From assembly GCA_963707985.1 (NCBI GenBank), contig CAVPRW010000027.1, forward strand, positions 128,001-192,000: 64,000 nt of DNA. Reading direction: 5' to 3'. The notes beneath the pieces are model-generated. The model saw only the letters and a list, made by a program, of their open reading frames with translations, had not been told where the DNA came from and did not search any database. Below, one piece after another: positions 10,791 to 21,839 of the stretch. The position numbers and the translations under genes were made by a program. This DNA comes from an uncultured Nitrospinota bacterium (GTDB lineage Bacteria > Tectomicrobia > Entotheonellia > J063 > CAVPRW01). Numbering within the stretch: the first letter of the stretch is position 1; each line of letters begins with the position of its first letter.

Positions 10791-13068
10791 CTACGGACGC
10801 GAGGCATCCGGTGTGCGCTGTGCCGGGGCTCCACGGCCTCCACGCGCCGCGAGCGCCGCTTTGACCCGGTCGGGCGTGAAGGGCACGGCGCGCAGCCTGG
10901 CCCCAGTCGCGTCGAAGACCGCGTTCGCCAGGGCCGCGGCCACGGGAGCCGTGGAGGCCTCGCCGGCGCCGAAGGGCGGCAGCGCCGGTCGGTCGAGCAG
11001 GGCCACCTCAATGGCCGGGACTTCCGGGAAGGTCAGAATCGGATAGCTCACCCAGTCCACGCTGGTGACGCGGGCGCGATCGAACGTCACTTCCTCGTGG
11101 AGCGTGCGGCTGAGCGTTTGCACGATGGATCCTTCGATCTGGTTGCGCAGCCCATCGGGATTGACCACGAGCCCGCAGTCGTGCGCACAGGTGACGCGCT
11201 GCACGCCGATCCTGCCACTCGCCGGATCGACCGTCACTTCCATGGCCATCGCGACGTAATTCTCGCTGTGTTTGTAACGCGTATACGCCACGCCGCGGCC
11301 GGTCAGCACATGGTCCTGCGCCGGCTGTGGATTGGGCGAGGGCCGCGCCTGCCAGCCGAGCATTTCCGTGGCGCGTTTGAGCACGTCGATGGCCCGCGGA
11401 TCCGTGAGCCCGTGTAGACGGAAGGCGACCGGATCGGCGCCCGCCGCCGCGGCCAACTCGTCGGTAAAACTTTCCACGGCAAAGACATTGGCGATTTTAC
11501 CCGGGGCGCGCAGATTCGACAGCCGTAAGGGTGTCTCCTTCAGCCAGTGCACCCGCACGTGCACGTGGGCAGCCGCATACGGCGGATCGCCATTCTGCGC
11601 GATCTGCCCCGCGCTCCGGCCGTGCGCCTGGGACATCCCGGCCGCATCGACGGCGAGAAATGGTCGATGCCCTGGCACGTTCGCCGGCAACCACATCTGC
11701 GTGTCCCACGCCGAGGATCCGTTGATCGGCATCGATGCCCCCGCGCAATTCCAGCACCTGCGGGGGTCCCTTCGGGTCCCAGCCGTGCTCGTCCTCGCGC
11801 GTCCACTGGACCCGTACGGGCCGCCCCACGGTCTTTGACAGGAGGAGCGCGTCAGCCGCCGCGTCGTCACCACCGTTCGTGCCGTAGGAACCTGAACTAT
11901 CGAGAAAAATCACGCGCAGCTTGTCCTCCGGCATGCCGAAGATCTTCGCCAGGTTCCGGCGCAGCGCGTGGGGGCCTTGAGACGCGGTCCAGATGGTGGT
12001 ACCCTCTGGCCGCACATCGGCGACCGCGCAGGACGGTCCGAGCGAGGCGTGGCTTTGGAAGGGCCACGAGTAGGTGGCGGCAAGCTGTGTGACGGCTGCA
12101 GGCAGCGCCGCCGCAGGATCGCCGCGACTCACGAGCGTCTCCGTGCGCTCCACCGCGCTCTCGCGCACATAGCGGTCGAGCCCGGCGCTGCCGGGCAGTC
12201 CTTCCCAGGCGCTCCAGGTCGCTTTGAGCGCGCTCGCGGCACGCACGGCCGCCCACTCGTCAGGCGCGACGACCCCGAGAAAGCTCTCAAGCCGTACGAC
12301 GCGGACATCCGGAATGCCACCCAGTGAGGACTCGTCGACCGCGAGCAGGGAGGCGCCAATCGCTGGTGGGCGGATGACGCGGCCATGCAGCATCCCGGGG
12401 ACGGTGAAATCCTGGAGATAGACGTGCTGTCCGGTGCACTTCCCCGGCACATCGGGCCGCAGGAGCGGTTGGCCCACCACTGTGTAGCGGATCGGGTCCT
12501 GCAACGGCGCCTGCGGGTCGACCGTGAGGGCCAGGTGCTTCCCTCCCACCAGCACACCGAGGTCAATGCCTGGGCCGCCGGTAATGGGTCGCACCTGACC
12601 ATCCGAGAGGGTCAGTTCCGCCGCGGGGCGTCCGAGGCGCTCGGCACCGAGCGTCAGGAAGGCCTGGCGGGCGGTCGCCGCGGCCTGGCGGACCTCTACC
12701 GCACCACGCGGGATGCCGGTGCTGCCCCCGGTGCCTCCCTGATCGGGCGTGAGCGCCGTGTCACCCTCGACCACCGCGATGCGCTCCACGGGCACGCCGA
12801 GTTCCTCCGCCACCATCTGGCTCATGGCGAGGCGCAGGCCCGTGCCGACATCCACCTTGCTCGTATAGATGGTGACCGAGCCATCGGCATGCACGGCAAG
12901 GAAACTGTCGACCTCTTTCAGATCGAGCGGCTTCCCGCGGTCAGCACCAGCGCCTGGCTCTTGTGCCCTGCTGCGTTGCGGCAGCGCCGCGCCAAACATC
13001 AAGCTCACCACGACCGCGCCGCCGGCCCGGAGCACCTCGCGCCTCGACATGACAGATATGGCGTGCAT
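10791..13068 (-). CDS. Xanthine dehydrogenase-family molybdopterin-binding subunit (IorB-like, Tat-type leader); one frameshift near 11715
   Basis: SRREVLRAGG leader, KVDVGTG, AHDCGLVVNPDG, GAGEASTAPVAAALANAVFDATG across ORFs 11497-13068 and 10791-11873. Confidence 0.85.
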
Positions 13069-13080
13069 AATTGGCCTCCT

Positions 13081-13542
13081 TTAGGCCTTGGCCGCGCGCA
13101 GCACGGCGTGTAGAATGCGCGTGTGTGTACCGCAGCGGCACAGGTAATCAGCGAGTCCTTGCTTGACTTGCTCGGGCGTCGGACGCGGGGTCTGCGTGAG
13201 CAGCGCTTTCGTCGCCATGATCATGCCGTTTGTGCAGTAGCCGCATTGGGCCGCCTGTTCGGCCATGAAGGCGGCCTGCACGGGGTCGGGGTGCTCGGGT
13301 GTGCCGAGCCCCTCGATCGTCGTGATCGCGTGGCCGGCGGCGTGCTCGACAGATGTGATGCAGGAGCGCGCGGGTGTCCCGTCGATCAGCACGGTGCAGG
13401 TGCCGCATTGGCCGAGCCCGCAGCCGAACTTCGGACCGCGCAGCCCGAGCCCATTGCGCAGGACGTAGAGGAGCGGCTGGGCGGGATCCCAGGATTCGAC
13501 GGTGACGGCACGGTCGTTGACTCGCAACCGGTATGGCGCCAT
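13081..13542 (-). CDS. (2Fe-2S)-binding subunit (IorA/CoxS-like)
   Basis: GCGLGQCGTCTV, QCGYC and LCRCG motifs. Confidence 0.92.
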   Translation of the reverse strand: MAPYRLRVNDRAVTVESWDPAQPLLYVLRNGLGLRGPKFGCGLGQCGTCTVLIDGTPARSCITSVEHAAGHAITTIEGLGTPEHPDPVQAAFMAEQAAQCGYCTNGMIMATKALLTQTPRPTPEQVKQGLADYLCRCGTHTRILHAVLRAAKA

Positions 13543-13572
13543 GGCGCGTCTCCTTTTCGCAGATGAATTCTC

Positions 13573-13771
13573 GGTCGAAGCGCACAAAGGTACGTAAAGT
13601 TTCACAGGCCTTCTCTACGATCAATCATATCACTAAGTTGTGCGATTGGTAACTCTTGGGTTTCATCGTGTTTCCATCGAAATTTTAGGGCGACCATCCT
13701 CTCCTAACTCATTGTAAAATATGATATTTGAAAAATCTGTGAAACTTTACGTACCTTTGTGCGCTTCGACC
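13573..13771. mobile_element. MITE, 199 bp, with 35-bp perfect terminal inverted repeats
   Basis: GGTCGAAGCGCACAAAGGTACGTAAAGTTTCACAG (13573-13607) and its exact reverse complement (13737-13771); AT-rich non-coding interior; no clear TSD. Confidence 0.8.
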
Positions 13772-14038
13772 CACAATCGCTCAACCGTATGAGCGCCAAC
13801 TCTCTAGAGATGAGCATCATCAGCGCGAATGTGGATCAATTGGCGCCAAATGACCCCCTGAGTCGCTCCTGAGGTCCACGAGACCTGACCTGTGCAGCTG
13901 TCTCTACTCCACGCTGAGCTTTGAGCGCATGGCGATCCCATCAGGATAGGAGACATAGCCCTGGACGTCATCGTGCATGACCGCGTTCTCACATTCGCTC
14001 AAGAGTGGAATCGTGCCAACCTCCCCGTTGATCATCTC

Positions 14039-14480
14039 CTAAAACCGCCGCAATGTCGCATGACGCTCCGGTGCATCGACCGCCATGGTGATGGCCTCAC
14101 GGCCGAGCACCTGGGCCTCGGAATTGACAGACCCCCAGTCGCTCTGGAGGCTGTCCGGCCGCCAGTTCCAATAGATGTCGTCGCCGATATCGGGCACAAA
14201 GGGCCGGAAGTCATCGATCGCCATCTCGACCTGTTGCTTCACCAGGAGGGTCCTCTTCGGCCTGATGGACATCTGGGGGTCCGGGACGATCTGTAGAATA
14301 ATGCGCTCGAGTTGAGGGGGCTCAAAGGCATGCGGATTGGGCACCAGACTCATCATCCTGCCTTTCTGCCAGTTATCGATCACCAAGGGCCCCGATTCGA
14401 CCGTCTTGGTCTCGAGCCATTTGAGCCCGGTGGGATCGTCGGGGGTCGCATGCGTCAGGATCTCCTTGGCGTGGACCGCG
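14039..14480 (-). pseudogene. Fragment of an ABC peptide/nickel substrate-binding protein
   Basis: SGPLVIDNWQKGRMMSLVPNPH...LERIILQIVPDP...REAITMAVD resembles SBP family 5. Confidence 0.5.
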
Positions 14481-14658
14481 CTGCCACGACAGCGGCTGAT
14501 ACCAACCAGAGAAAACCCTGGCAATTCCGCTTGCACACTCACATAGCATAGATGGATGCTCATTTGGGTCAGGGCGGATGCCTCTGACCCCCATACTCCT
14601 TTAAGACTCCTAGCCCACATCATCTCGAAGACAACCCCGGTTGGTGGTATTTCTCGCG

Positions 14659-14781
14659 GGCGAAGTCTCGCTGGCCCACGATGGCGTGCTCTTTCTGGAT
14701 GAACTCCCCGAGTTCCGCCGCCATGTCCTCGAGATCTTGCGCGAACCGCTTGAGGAGAGTCTCACAAGAATAGAATTTCGC
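14659..14781 (+). pseudogene. comM: Internal fragment of comM/yifB (Mg-chelatase-like AAA ATPase)
   Basis: Reads [33 protein letters not shown], the conserved ComM Walker-B region, with no flanking coding sequence. Confidence 0.85.
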
Positions 14782-15443
14782 ATGTGTGTTTGACCCTGCT
14801 AGGTGGGCAGCACTCACCGCACGACTGATGTAAGCGTAAGACGCTCATTCATCAAGGGAAGCAGCCGTCCTAGAATCGGCTCCACCGTACCCGCCGGGCT
14901 TCACAATGATTAGGACCTCATACTGAATGCGGATCGTGTGCCAGTTCTCCTCAGATGTCAAGCTTTGTTGGCGCGTCTGCTACCCATTTATTCCCACAAG
15001 CCTGCACAGGGACAGTCTTGTGATGTCAGCAAGCATTTGCCTGTCAGCGCCTATTAGGTATGGCTCCATAGCGTCAGCCACGGGCGGATAAGGCGGTCTT
15101 AAACGGATTGGAAGTGGTCTCATCTTTGTTTACGTCAGAGGGGAATGAAACCGACCGTGTTGAATTGGCGTGACTCTATGGATTTTAATACCCTGACTCT
15201 GACGCATCAAAGGCCTCCTCCTCCGCGCCGTGCGGCTGTGGGGGCTCGTCAAGCCGATGTATCCTAGGCAAGGTCAAGTTAACTCCCCACCAGGGTAAAG
15301 GATGTGGGCTCATCGTCGCTTTTGGTGATATTGGTGATAATGGAATGATGGCGGGAGCGGTATCATAGGAGATGATGGCTCATGAACTCCGAACGCTTAT
15401 TTCAGCTATGTCATCTATGCGAATGAAAGGGACTCGAACCGTC

Positions 15444-15953
15444 ATGACCAAGCTCTCGTATATTTCACCAAGGGCAACTGTCAGGGACAGTCCGATTCAC
15501 GGGAGAGGGCTGTTTGCCGTCGCACCCATCGCAAGGGGTGACATCGTGGCGATGAAAGGGGGCTACATTTATGATCGCGCCCTACGCGATACGCTGCAAC
15601 CATAGCTCGGACCCCCTGAAATACCTATCGCCGATGGATTCTTCATCGGCCCGATGACTGAGGACGAGCGCGAAGGAGGGATGATCTTCAGCAATCATTC
15701 GTGCGACCCGAATATCGGCGTCCAAGGTCAGATCATTTTCGTCGCCATGAGAAACATTCAGCCTGGTGAAGAATTGACGCACGACTGGGCCACGACTGAC
15801 GACGAGGCCTACAAGGTGCGATGCCATTGTGGTGCCGGCAACTGCCGAAAGATCATCACAGGGCAAGACTGGAGGCGAAAGGATTTGCAGGAGAAATATC
15901 AGGACTACATGTCCTGGTATTTGCAGCAAAAAATCAGGCAGGATCCTGCATGA
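15444..15953 (+). pseudogene. SET-domain methyltransferase with an in-frame TAG at 15603-15605
   Basis: SPIHGRGLFA, NHSCDPN, GEELTHDW, post-SET CHCGAGNCRKII; both halves in one frame. Confidence 0.85.
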
Positions 15954-16012
15954 GCGTGGTTCAAAAGGCTAACCACAGATGGCAATAGGCCCGTCGCACA
16001 TTTACCAAGAGC

Positions 16013-16864
16013 GATACTGCTGGCGAAGTCCTCCAGGTACTGGTACGATTGATCGGCATAAGTGATGGCCTTACGAACAGATGAGGAGATGTATCATGCT
16101 TCGCCCGATGTCGATCGAGCCAATCCCTCACGACACGCCACGTGTCGCCTGTGCCGCGTGTCCCCAGGGAAACCGCTATCTGCGACTGGCCGATGCAGGC
16201 AAGACGTGGTTCATCGATGACGCCTTTCGGGTGCTGTTCCCCACCCATGGACAACCCGCGTGGCCACTGTGGCGGCTGGCGCTCACCACGATCCTGCCAT
16301 GTGCCGAAGGGCTCCCCGATCGCCAAGCGGCGCATGCGGTGCGGAGTCGCATTGATTGGAAAGATGGTCTGCGCTTGGAGCGCACGGATCCGGGGTGCAA
16401 GGCGTCGATCCTCCGTGAGTTTCGTACGCGATTGATGGCTGGAACGGCGGCGTATTCCCGCTTTGACACGCGGCTCACGTGGTGCCGCAACCACCAACTG
16501 ATCACAGCCGGATGCCGCCAGCGCACCGATTCGATGCTTATCCTGGCCGCTGTACGGGCGTTGAACCGCATCGAGGTCGTCGCCGAAACGTGGCGGCATG
16601 CCATCAACAGTCCTGCCCAGGTGGCTGCGGCGTCGTTGCGCCCACAATTAGGAATGATGGTTGGACGCTCCTCTCCGCCTTTGATCACCCTCAAGCCTCG
16701 CTCTGGCGACTCCATGTTCCCCCCGTCGACATCCTCCGTCCGGTGTGGGGGCAACATGATTGGCGGGACGGCTCCCAGCATGCCAAGACCCGTCTCACGC
16801 CGTTCGCCCGGCTGATGGTGGATGATGTCGCCGCATCATCCGAGGAGACTTCGCCAGCAGTATC
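16013..16864 (+). mobile_element. Internally deleted, degenerate IS1182-family element
   Basis: 18-bp IR GATACTGCTGGCGAAGTC at 16013-16030 and 16847-16864; transposase N-terminus AEGLPDRQAAHAVRSRIDWK...EFRTRL. Confidence 0.85.
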
Positions 16865-16926
16865 ATCTTTGATGAGGGGGAGATGCGCCATCCTCCCCTG
16901 CTTAGTACCTTCTAGAGGAGAACGTG

Positions 16927-17481
16927 ATGGCCCGTATACCCCCAGTAACGCGTGAACGTGTGCGCGAGGACCTGCGCCCTATCTTTGACGAAGTCAGCTC
17001 CGGTCCGGGTGGCGTTGGCACTGGACCGATGTCGGTGCTGAAGTATAGCCCGGAGATGTCCCGTCGGGCCATTCCCTTGTTCAATTACGTGCGCAACGAG
17101 TCCAGCTTGCCCCAGAAGGTGCGCGAGTTGGCGATGCTGACCACGGCTCGCGCCAAAGACTGCCCCTATATCTGGAATGCCCATGTCGCACTAGGCCGCC
17201 AGGCAGGTCTGAGCGATGCCCTGCTGAATGCGCTGCGGGACCGCCAGCCGCTGCCGCCGATGTCAGTTGAGGAAGCCGTGGTCATCAAGCTGGGTATGGA
17301 GTTTTTCCAGACCAACCGGGTCAACCAGGACACCTTTGACGTTGCCCTCAAGCAGTTTGGGCCGCAAGGGCTGGTAGAACTGACGACCTTGATAGGGTTC
17401 TACGCCATGCTGGCGTTCAATGCCAACGCTGTGGACCTGGGACTGCCCCACGAGATGACCGAGCCGCCGTTACCGGTATAA
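16927..17481 (+). CDS. Carboxymuconolactone decarboxylase/AhpD-like protein
   Basis: RELAMLTTARAKDCPYIWNAH, GLVELTTLIGFY; GAGGAG RBS. Confidence 0.85.
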   Translation: MARIPPVTRERVREDLRPIFDEVSSGPGGVGTGPMSVLKYSPEMSRRAIPLFNYVRNESSLPQKVRELAMLTTARAKDCPYIWNAHVALGRQAGLSDALLNALRDRQPLPPMSVEEAVVIKLGMEFFQTNRVNQDTFDVALKQFGPQGLVELTTLIGFYAMLAFNANAVDLGLPHEMTEPPLPV

Positions 17482-17799
17482 CTGACGACAACGCATCATG
17501 ACGGGTCGTCTCGATCGGCAGCGCTGCAGGACCATTGAGCCGCCAAGCGGAGGCGCGCGAACAGCTCGGCGGCTAGTTCCGGATCGGCACCAAGGATCGC
17601 CACAAAGCGATCGGCGTCGCCGCACGGATTCCAGGGGCATGCCTGGGCACCGTCGAAATATGGCCGGTCACGGAGGTCGAGGGCCTGCGGACCGATGAGT
17701 GTCCGCGACAGGCGGAAGCCTTCCGCGGAGGGCCCCCTGGGTCCCCCACCATGGACTCATTCAACATGTAGCCCAATTTCTTGGAGTTGGTTACCCTCT

Positions 17800-17945
17800 G
17801 TTAGACACTTTGGAGGTATTGCCCCGTAACGATTTGACGCACAGCTTGGGCATGACGAAAGCATCGGGCAGTCTTCGTGTGCTTGATGAAGCTCGCTAAG
17901 GGTGGACAGGGCGGCATCGGAAAATTGGAGTTTGAGCGTGCGCCT
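17800..17945 (-). pseudogene. Possible short transposase N-terminal (HTH) remnant
   Basis: Frameshifted reading LASFIKHTKTARCFRHAQAVRQIVTG resembles IS630-type HTH starts. Confidence 0.3.
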
Positions 17946-18018
17946 GAAGATGCTATCTTAAGCAAATCCTCGAAAAACGACGAAGATAAACCTCACAAGC
18001 TGGTGGGGTGACTCTCTT

Positions 18019-19086
18019 ATGGGAAAACTCCTTTCCGGCGTCAATGTTCCAGGAGCTGCTCTCCGTCTGGTCGTGAGCATCATCTTAGCGTACGTGCTGC
18101 TGGAGAGCGCCATCCCCGCCTCTGAGACGCCGTTCATGCTGCTGCAGCCGCCCGCTGCGGAACCGCAGGAGCCTATTACACCCATTCCGCTTTCCCTGGC
18201 TCTTGATCCACAACGGGTCGCCCTCGGCGAACGGCTGTTTCACGATGTGCGGCTCTCTCACGACAATACACGCGCCTGCACCGTGTGCCATCCGATCCAG
18301 CGCGGCGGCATGGACGGGCGGCCCCGTGCCATCACTGCCAAGGGGACCCTCCATCTCCGCAACACCCCGACGATCTTCAACGTGGGGCTCAATGCCGCGT
18401 TTAACTGGGACGGCATGGTGACCACTTTGGAGGCCCATGCTGAGACCATTCTATTGCAACCAAACCTGATGAACACGACTTGGCCGGAGCTCCTGGCCAA
18501 ATTACAGGCCGATGCCGACTACGTGACCCGCTTCAACACCGCCTACGCGGGAGGCCTGACGCCAGCCAGTGTGTTGGATGCCCTAGCCAGCTTCGAGCGC
18601 TCCTTGCTTACACCCAACGCCCGTTTCGACCGCTATCTGCGGGGCGAGCTGCAGGCGCTGACAGCACCAGAGCAGCAGGGGTATCGACTGTTCAAGTCCT
18701 ATGGGTGTGTGGCCTGTCACCAAGGGATGAATATCGGCGGCAACATGTATCAGAAATTCGGCATCTTTGCGGCGCCTGGCGGCATGGACAGCCCTGCTGC
18801 GGTCATCGACTTGGGGCGCTATGTCGTCACCAAGGTGCCGCGAGACCGCGAGGTGTTCCGCGTGCCGAGCCTGCGCAATGTCGCGGTGACTGCCCCCTAT
18901 TTTCACGATGGGCGTGCCTCCACCCTGGAGGGTGCCGTGGAAACGATGGCGAGAGTCCAGTTAGGGAGGACCATCACGCCAGAGGAGATTGGGTTGATCG
19001 TGCAGTTCCTGCATACCCTGACCGGCGAATATCACGGCCGGCCTGTGGCGATATCCGTACAGGAGCACAGTGAGAGGTATGAGTAA
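18019..19086 (+). CDS. Di-haem cytochrome c peroxidase (CcP/MauG family)
   Basis: Two CxxCH motifs (CTVCH, CVACH), NTPTIFN, FNWDG, FRVPSLRNVAVTAPYFHDG. Confidence 0.92.
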   Translation: MGKLLSGVNVPGAALRLVVSIILAYVLLESAIPASETPFMLLQPPAAEPQEPITPIPLSLALDPQRVALGERLFHDVRLSHDNTRACTVCHPIQRGGMDGRPRAITAKGTLHLRNTPTIFNVGLNAAFNWDGMVTTLEAHAETILLQPNLMNTTWPELLAKLQADADYVTRFNTAYAGGLTPASVLDALASFERSLLTPNARFDRYLRGELQALTAPEQQGYRLFKSYGCVACHQGMNIGGNMYQKFGIFAAPGGMDSPAAVIDLGRYVVTKVPRDREVFRVPSLRNVAVTAPYFHDGRASTLEGAVETMARVQLGRTITPEEIGLIVQFLHTLTGEYHGRPVAISVQEHSERYE

Positions 19087-21150
19087 CGTGTGGAAGTCTT
19101 TGGCGGTCGTCTCTGGCCTGCTGCTGCTCCTCACCTACTTGCTGATCCAGAGCAGGAGCCCGGACCTGGCGCTGCGGGTACGCATGCAAGAGGCCTTGCA
19201 GACGCTGCAACTGCATGATACGGAGCTGACCCGTGACGTGTTGCTGGCGCGTGCCGGGCTTCTTCCCCATTATGATTCGCTGCCGCGGACCGGGCAGAGT
19301 CTGTCCCGGACTTTGGGGATACTGCGCGCCGAGAGCGCAACGGTCTCGGGCCGGCGGCACAGGAAATGGGCCAGCGCGTCGAGGCCCTGGCGGCCGCGCT
19401 GCACCAAAAGTTGACCCTGGTCGAGTACTTCACATCGGACAACGCCTTGCTGCGGAACTCCTTGACGTATCTCACCTATGCGGGGCAAACCCTGGGCACA
19501 CGTGTCGAGGAGGAGCCGGTGGTGGCGGCAGACATCGCTGCCCTCTCGCACGTGCTGTTGCGGTTCATACACACGCCAGAGCTGAGCGTGGGCAACGAGC
19601 TCGGGGCAGCGCTCCAGCGCCTGTCACAAACTCCCCTCTTCCCGCAGGACTTCCACACGCTGGTCGCCCATGGGCGGCTCATTATGGAGGTCCTGCCGCA
19701 GGTCGATACCCTCTTACGCCAGATCATCGCCGCTCCAACGGCGGCCCATGCCGCTGCCTTCCAGGATGCCGTGCTGCAGTATGCCAACAGGGTCGAGGCA
19801 CGCGCGGAACTGTTTCGGGTGCTGCTGTATCTGGTGGCCGTCATGCTGGTGGGCTACCTCCTCTACCAATTCATGCGGCTGCGGGCCAATGCTCGAGACC
19901 TGCGCCGTGCCAATGCGGACTTACAGCGGGAGATGGGCGAGCGTCAGCAGGCTGTCGGCGCCTTGCGCGCCAGCGAAGAACGCTTCCGTGCCATCACGGA
20001 ATCGGCCAATGATGCCATCATTTCCGCTGATAGCTCGGGACACATCGTCTCCTGGAACACGCGGGCCGAGGCGATCTTCGGTTACACCGCGGAGGAAATC
20101 CTGGGCGCACCCCTCACGCACCTGATGCCCGCACGCTACCATGCGTCCCACGTGCAGCGCTTTACGCAGTGGTCTGATACCGGATCTTCTCGCCTGGTCG
20201 GCACGATGGTGGAGTTTGTCGGCGTGCGCAAAGATGGCGGTGAGTTCCCGCTGGAGATTTCGCTATCGACCTGGTCTACGGCGCAGGGCTACTATGTAAC
20301 AGGCATTATTCGCGACCTCACAGCCCACAAGCAGTTGCAGGAAACGACCCGCCAGCAGAGGATGCAGCTCATCCAGGCGAACAAGATGACCGCCCTGGGC
20401 ACACTCGTGTCGGGCGTGGCGCACGAAATCAACAATCCGAACCAGGTCGTGTTAATGAACTCAGGGGTATTGGCAAAAGCCTGGGATGACGCGGTGGGAA
20501 TCTTGGACACCTACGAGCGCGAAAACGGCACCTTTACACTCGGCGGCTTGCCCTACACCGAGATGCGCGACGCCATTCCTGCACTCGTCGTCGACGTGCA
20601 CGACGGCGCGCGGCGTATCGAGAGAATCATCGACGACCTCAAAGATTTTGCCCGTCCCCGCGTACGGGGCGTGCACACCGACTTGCAGTTGAACGACGCC
20701 GTACAGCGCGCGCTGCGCTTACTGGCGCATCTGATCAAGCAGCACACGGACCACTTTCACGTCGATTTTGCTCAAGGTTTACCGGCTTTGCAGGGGGATG
20801 CTCAGCACGTCGAGCAAATCGTGGTGAATCTCCTGACCAACGCCCTGGAGGCACTGCCTGACAGGAGGCACGGGGTCACCGTGACCACCGCCTTCCACAC
20901 CGCCGAGCGCTGTATGCTGCTTGAGGTACGCGACGAAGGGGTCGGGATTGCGCCGGAGCATCTCGAACGCCTGTGCGATCCGTTCTTCACCACCAAGGAC
21001 GAGAGCGGGGGGACAGGGCTCGGGCTGGCCATCACCTCCTCGCTCGTCCGCGTGCATGGGGGCCAGCTCACCTTTGCGTCCGAGCCGGGCAAGGGCACCT
21101 GCGCACGGGTCATCTTTCCGAGCCCCGAAGAGGCGCAGCCGAGCTCCTGA
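19079..21150 (+). CDS. Sensor histidine kinase with DAHL-type periplasmic domain and PAS; frameshift near 19350
   Basis: RDVLLARAGLLPHYDSL and FTSDNALLRNSLTY (DAHL-like), two TM helices, PAS, GVAHEINNP, DPFFTTK, GTGLGLAI. Confidence 0.85.
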
Positions 21151-21396
21151 ACCTTCAGAATAGCCGGCAGTGCGCCACTCTGCGGCGACGCTTGCCGCGT
21201 CGCGGTCCCTTGGGGGGTGCGACAATGGTGGCACCTGCCCCGTCCGTCGCACCCCACGATTGCCTTGCCTCTCAAGACTCCTCGCTGTTTCCGCCTTTTC
21301 CTTGTCGCGTTTTGTCGCAGGGGTGAAGCCCGCCTTTGTGATCCTCAATCTTTTCTAACCCATTGATACTAGAAGCATTCATGGAACCGTAACAAC

Positions 21397-21413
21397 CCGG
21401 CACGGGGGATGCT
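21397..21413 (+). promoter_or_regulatory. sigma54 (-24/-12) promoter with upstream enhancer-like TGTCGC motifs (~21218-21320)
   Basis: CCGGCACGGGGGATGCT has GG-N10-GC spacing; upstream TGCGACAATGGTGGCAC and TGTCGCGTTTTGTCGCA. Confidence 0.6.
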
Positions 21414-21671
21414 CTCTACTTCGTTCTGTCCGGCTCGCCTGGAGCCTCCTAGGTGACAGGCAGGTGGCAACTGCACCCCAGCGCCACCACTTGCCTGGCA
21501 GCTTCTCAGGCGTCTAGATCAACGTGAAGCGTCGGCCGTGTACGCGGTACCGGCTGGCATCGGGAGGCCGATGGAACGTCAGCCATCGCGACCAGGAGAC
21601 CACAATGCAGATTCTCAAGATCCCAAACACCTGGAGAGTCACACCGCAGAAAGGAGAGAACGCATAAGAAG

Positions 21672-21839
21672 ATGGCGATCACACAGGCTGAATATCTCTG
21701 GCTTGACGGAGCCGCGCCGGTCCACCGGCTGCGCGCCACGTCTCGCATCGTCGCTTTAGCGGATGGAGTACTTGCCCAGATCGTCCAGGGCAAGGTCGTG
21801 ATCATGTGGATCAACCAAACCATAAAAGGAGAGTTGTGA
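21672..21839 (+). pseudogene. 55-aa ORF whose N-terminus resembles glutamine synthetase II
   Basis: MAITQAEYLWLDGAAPVHRLRATSRIV matches the GSII start motif; its TGA overlaps the next ATG (TGATG). Confidence 0.65.
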
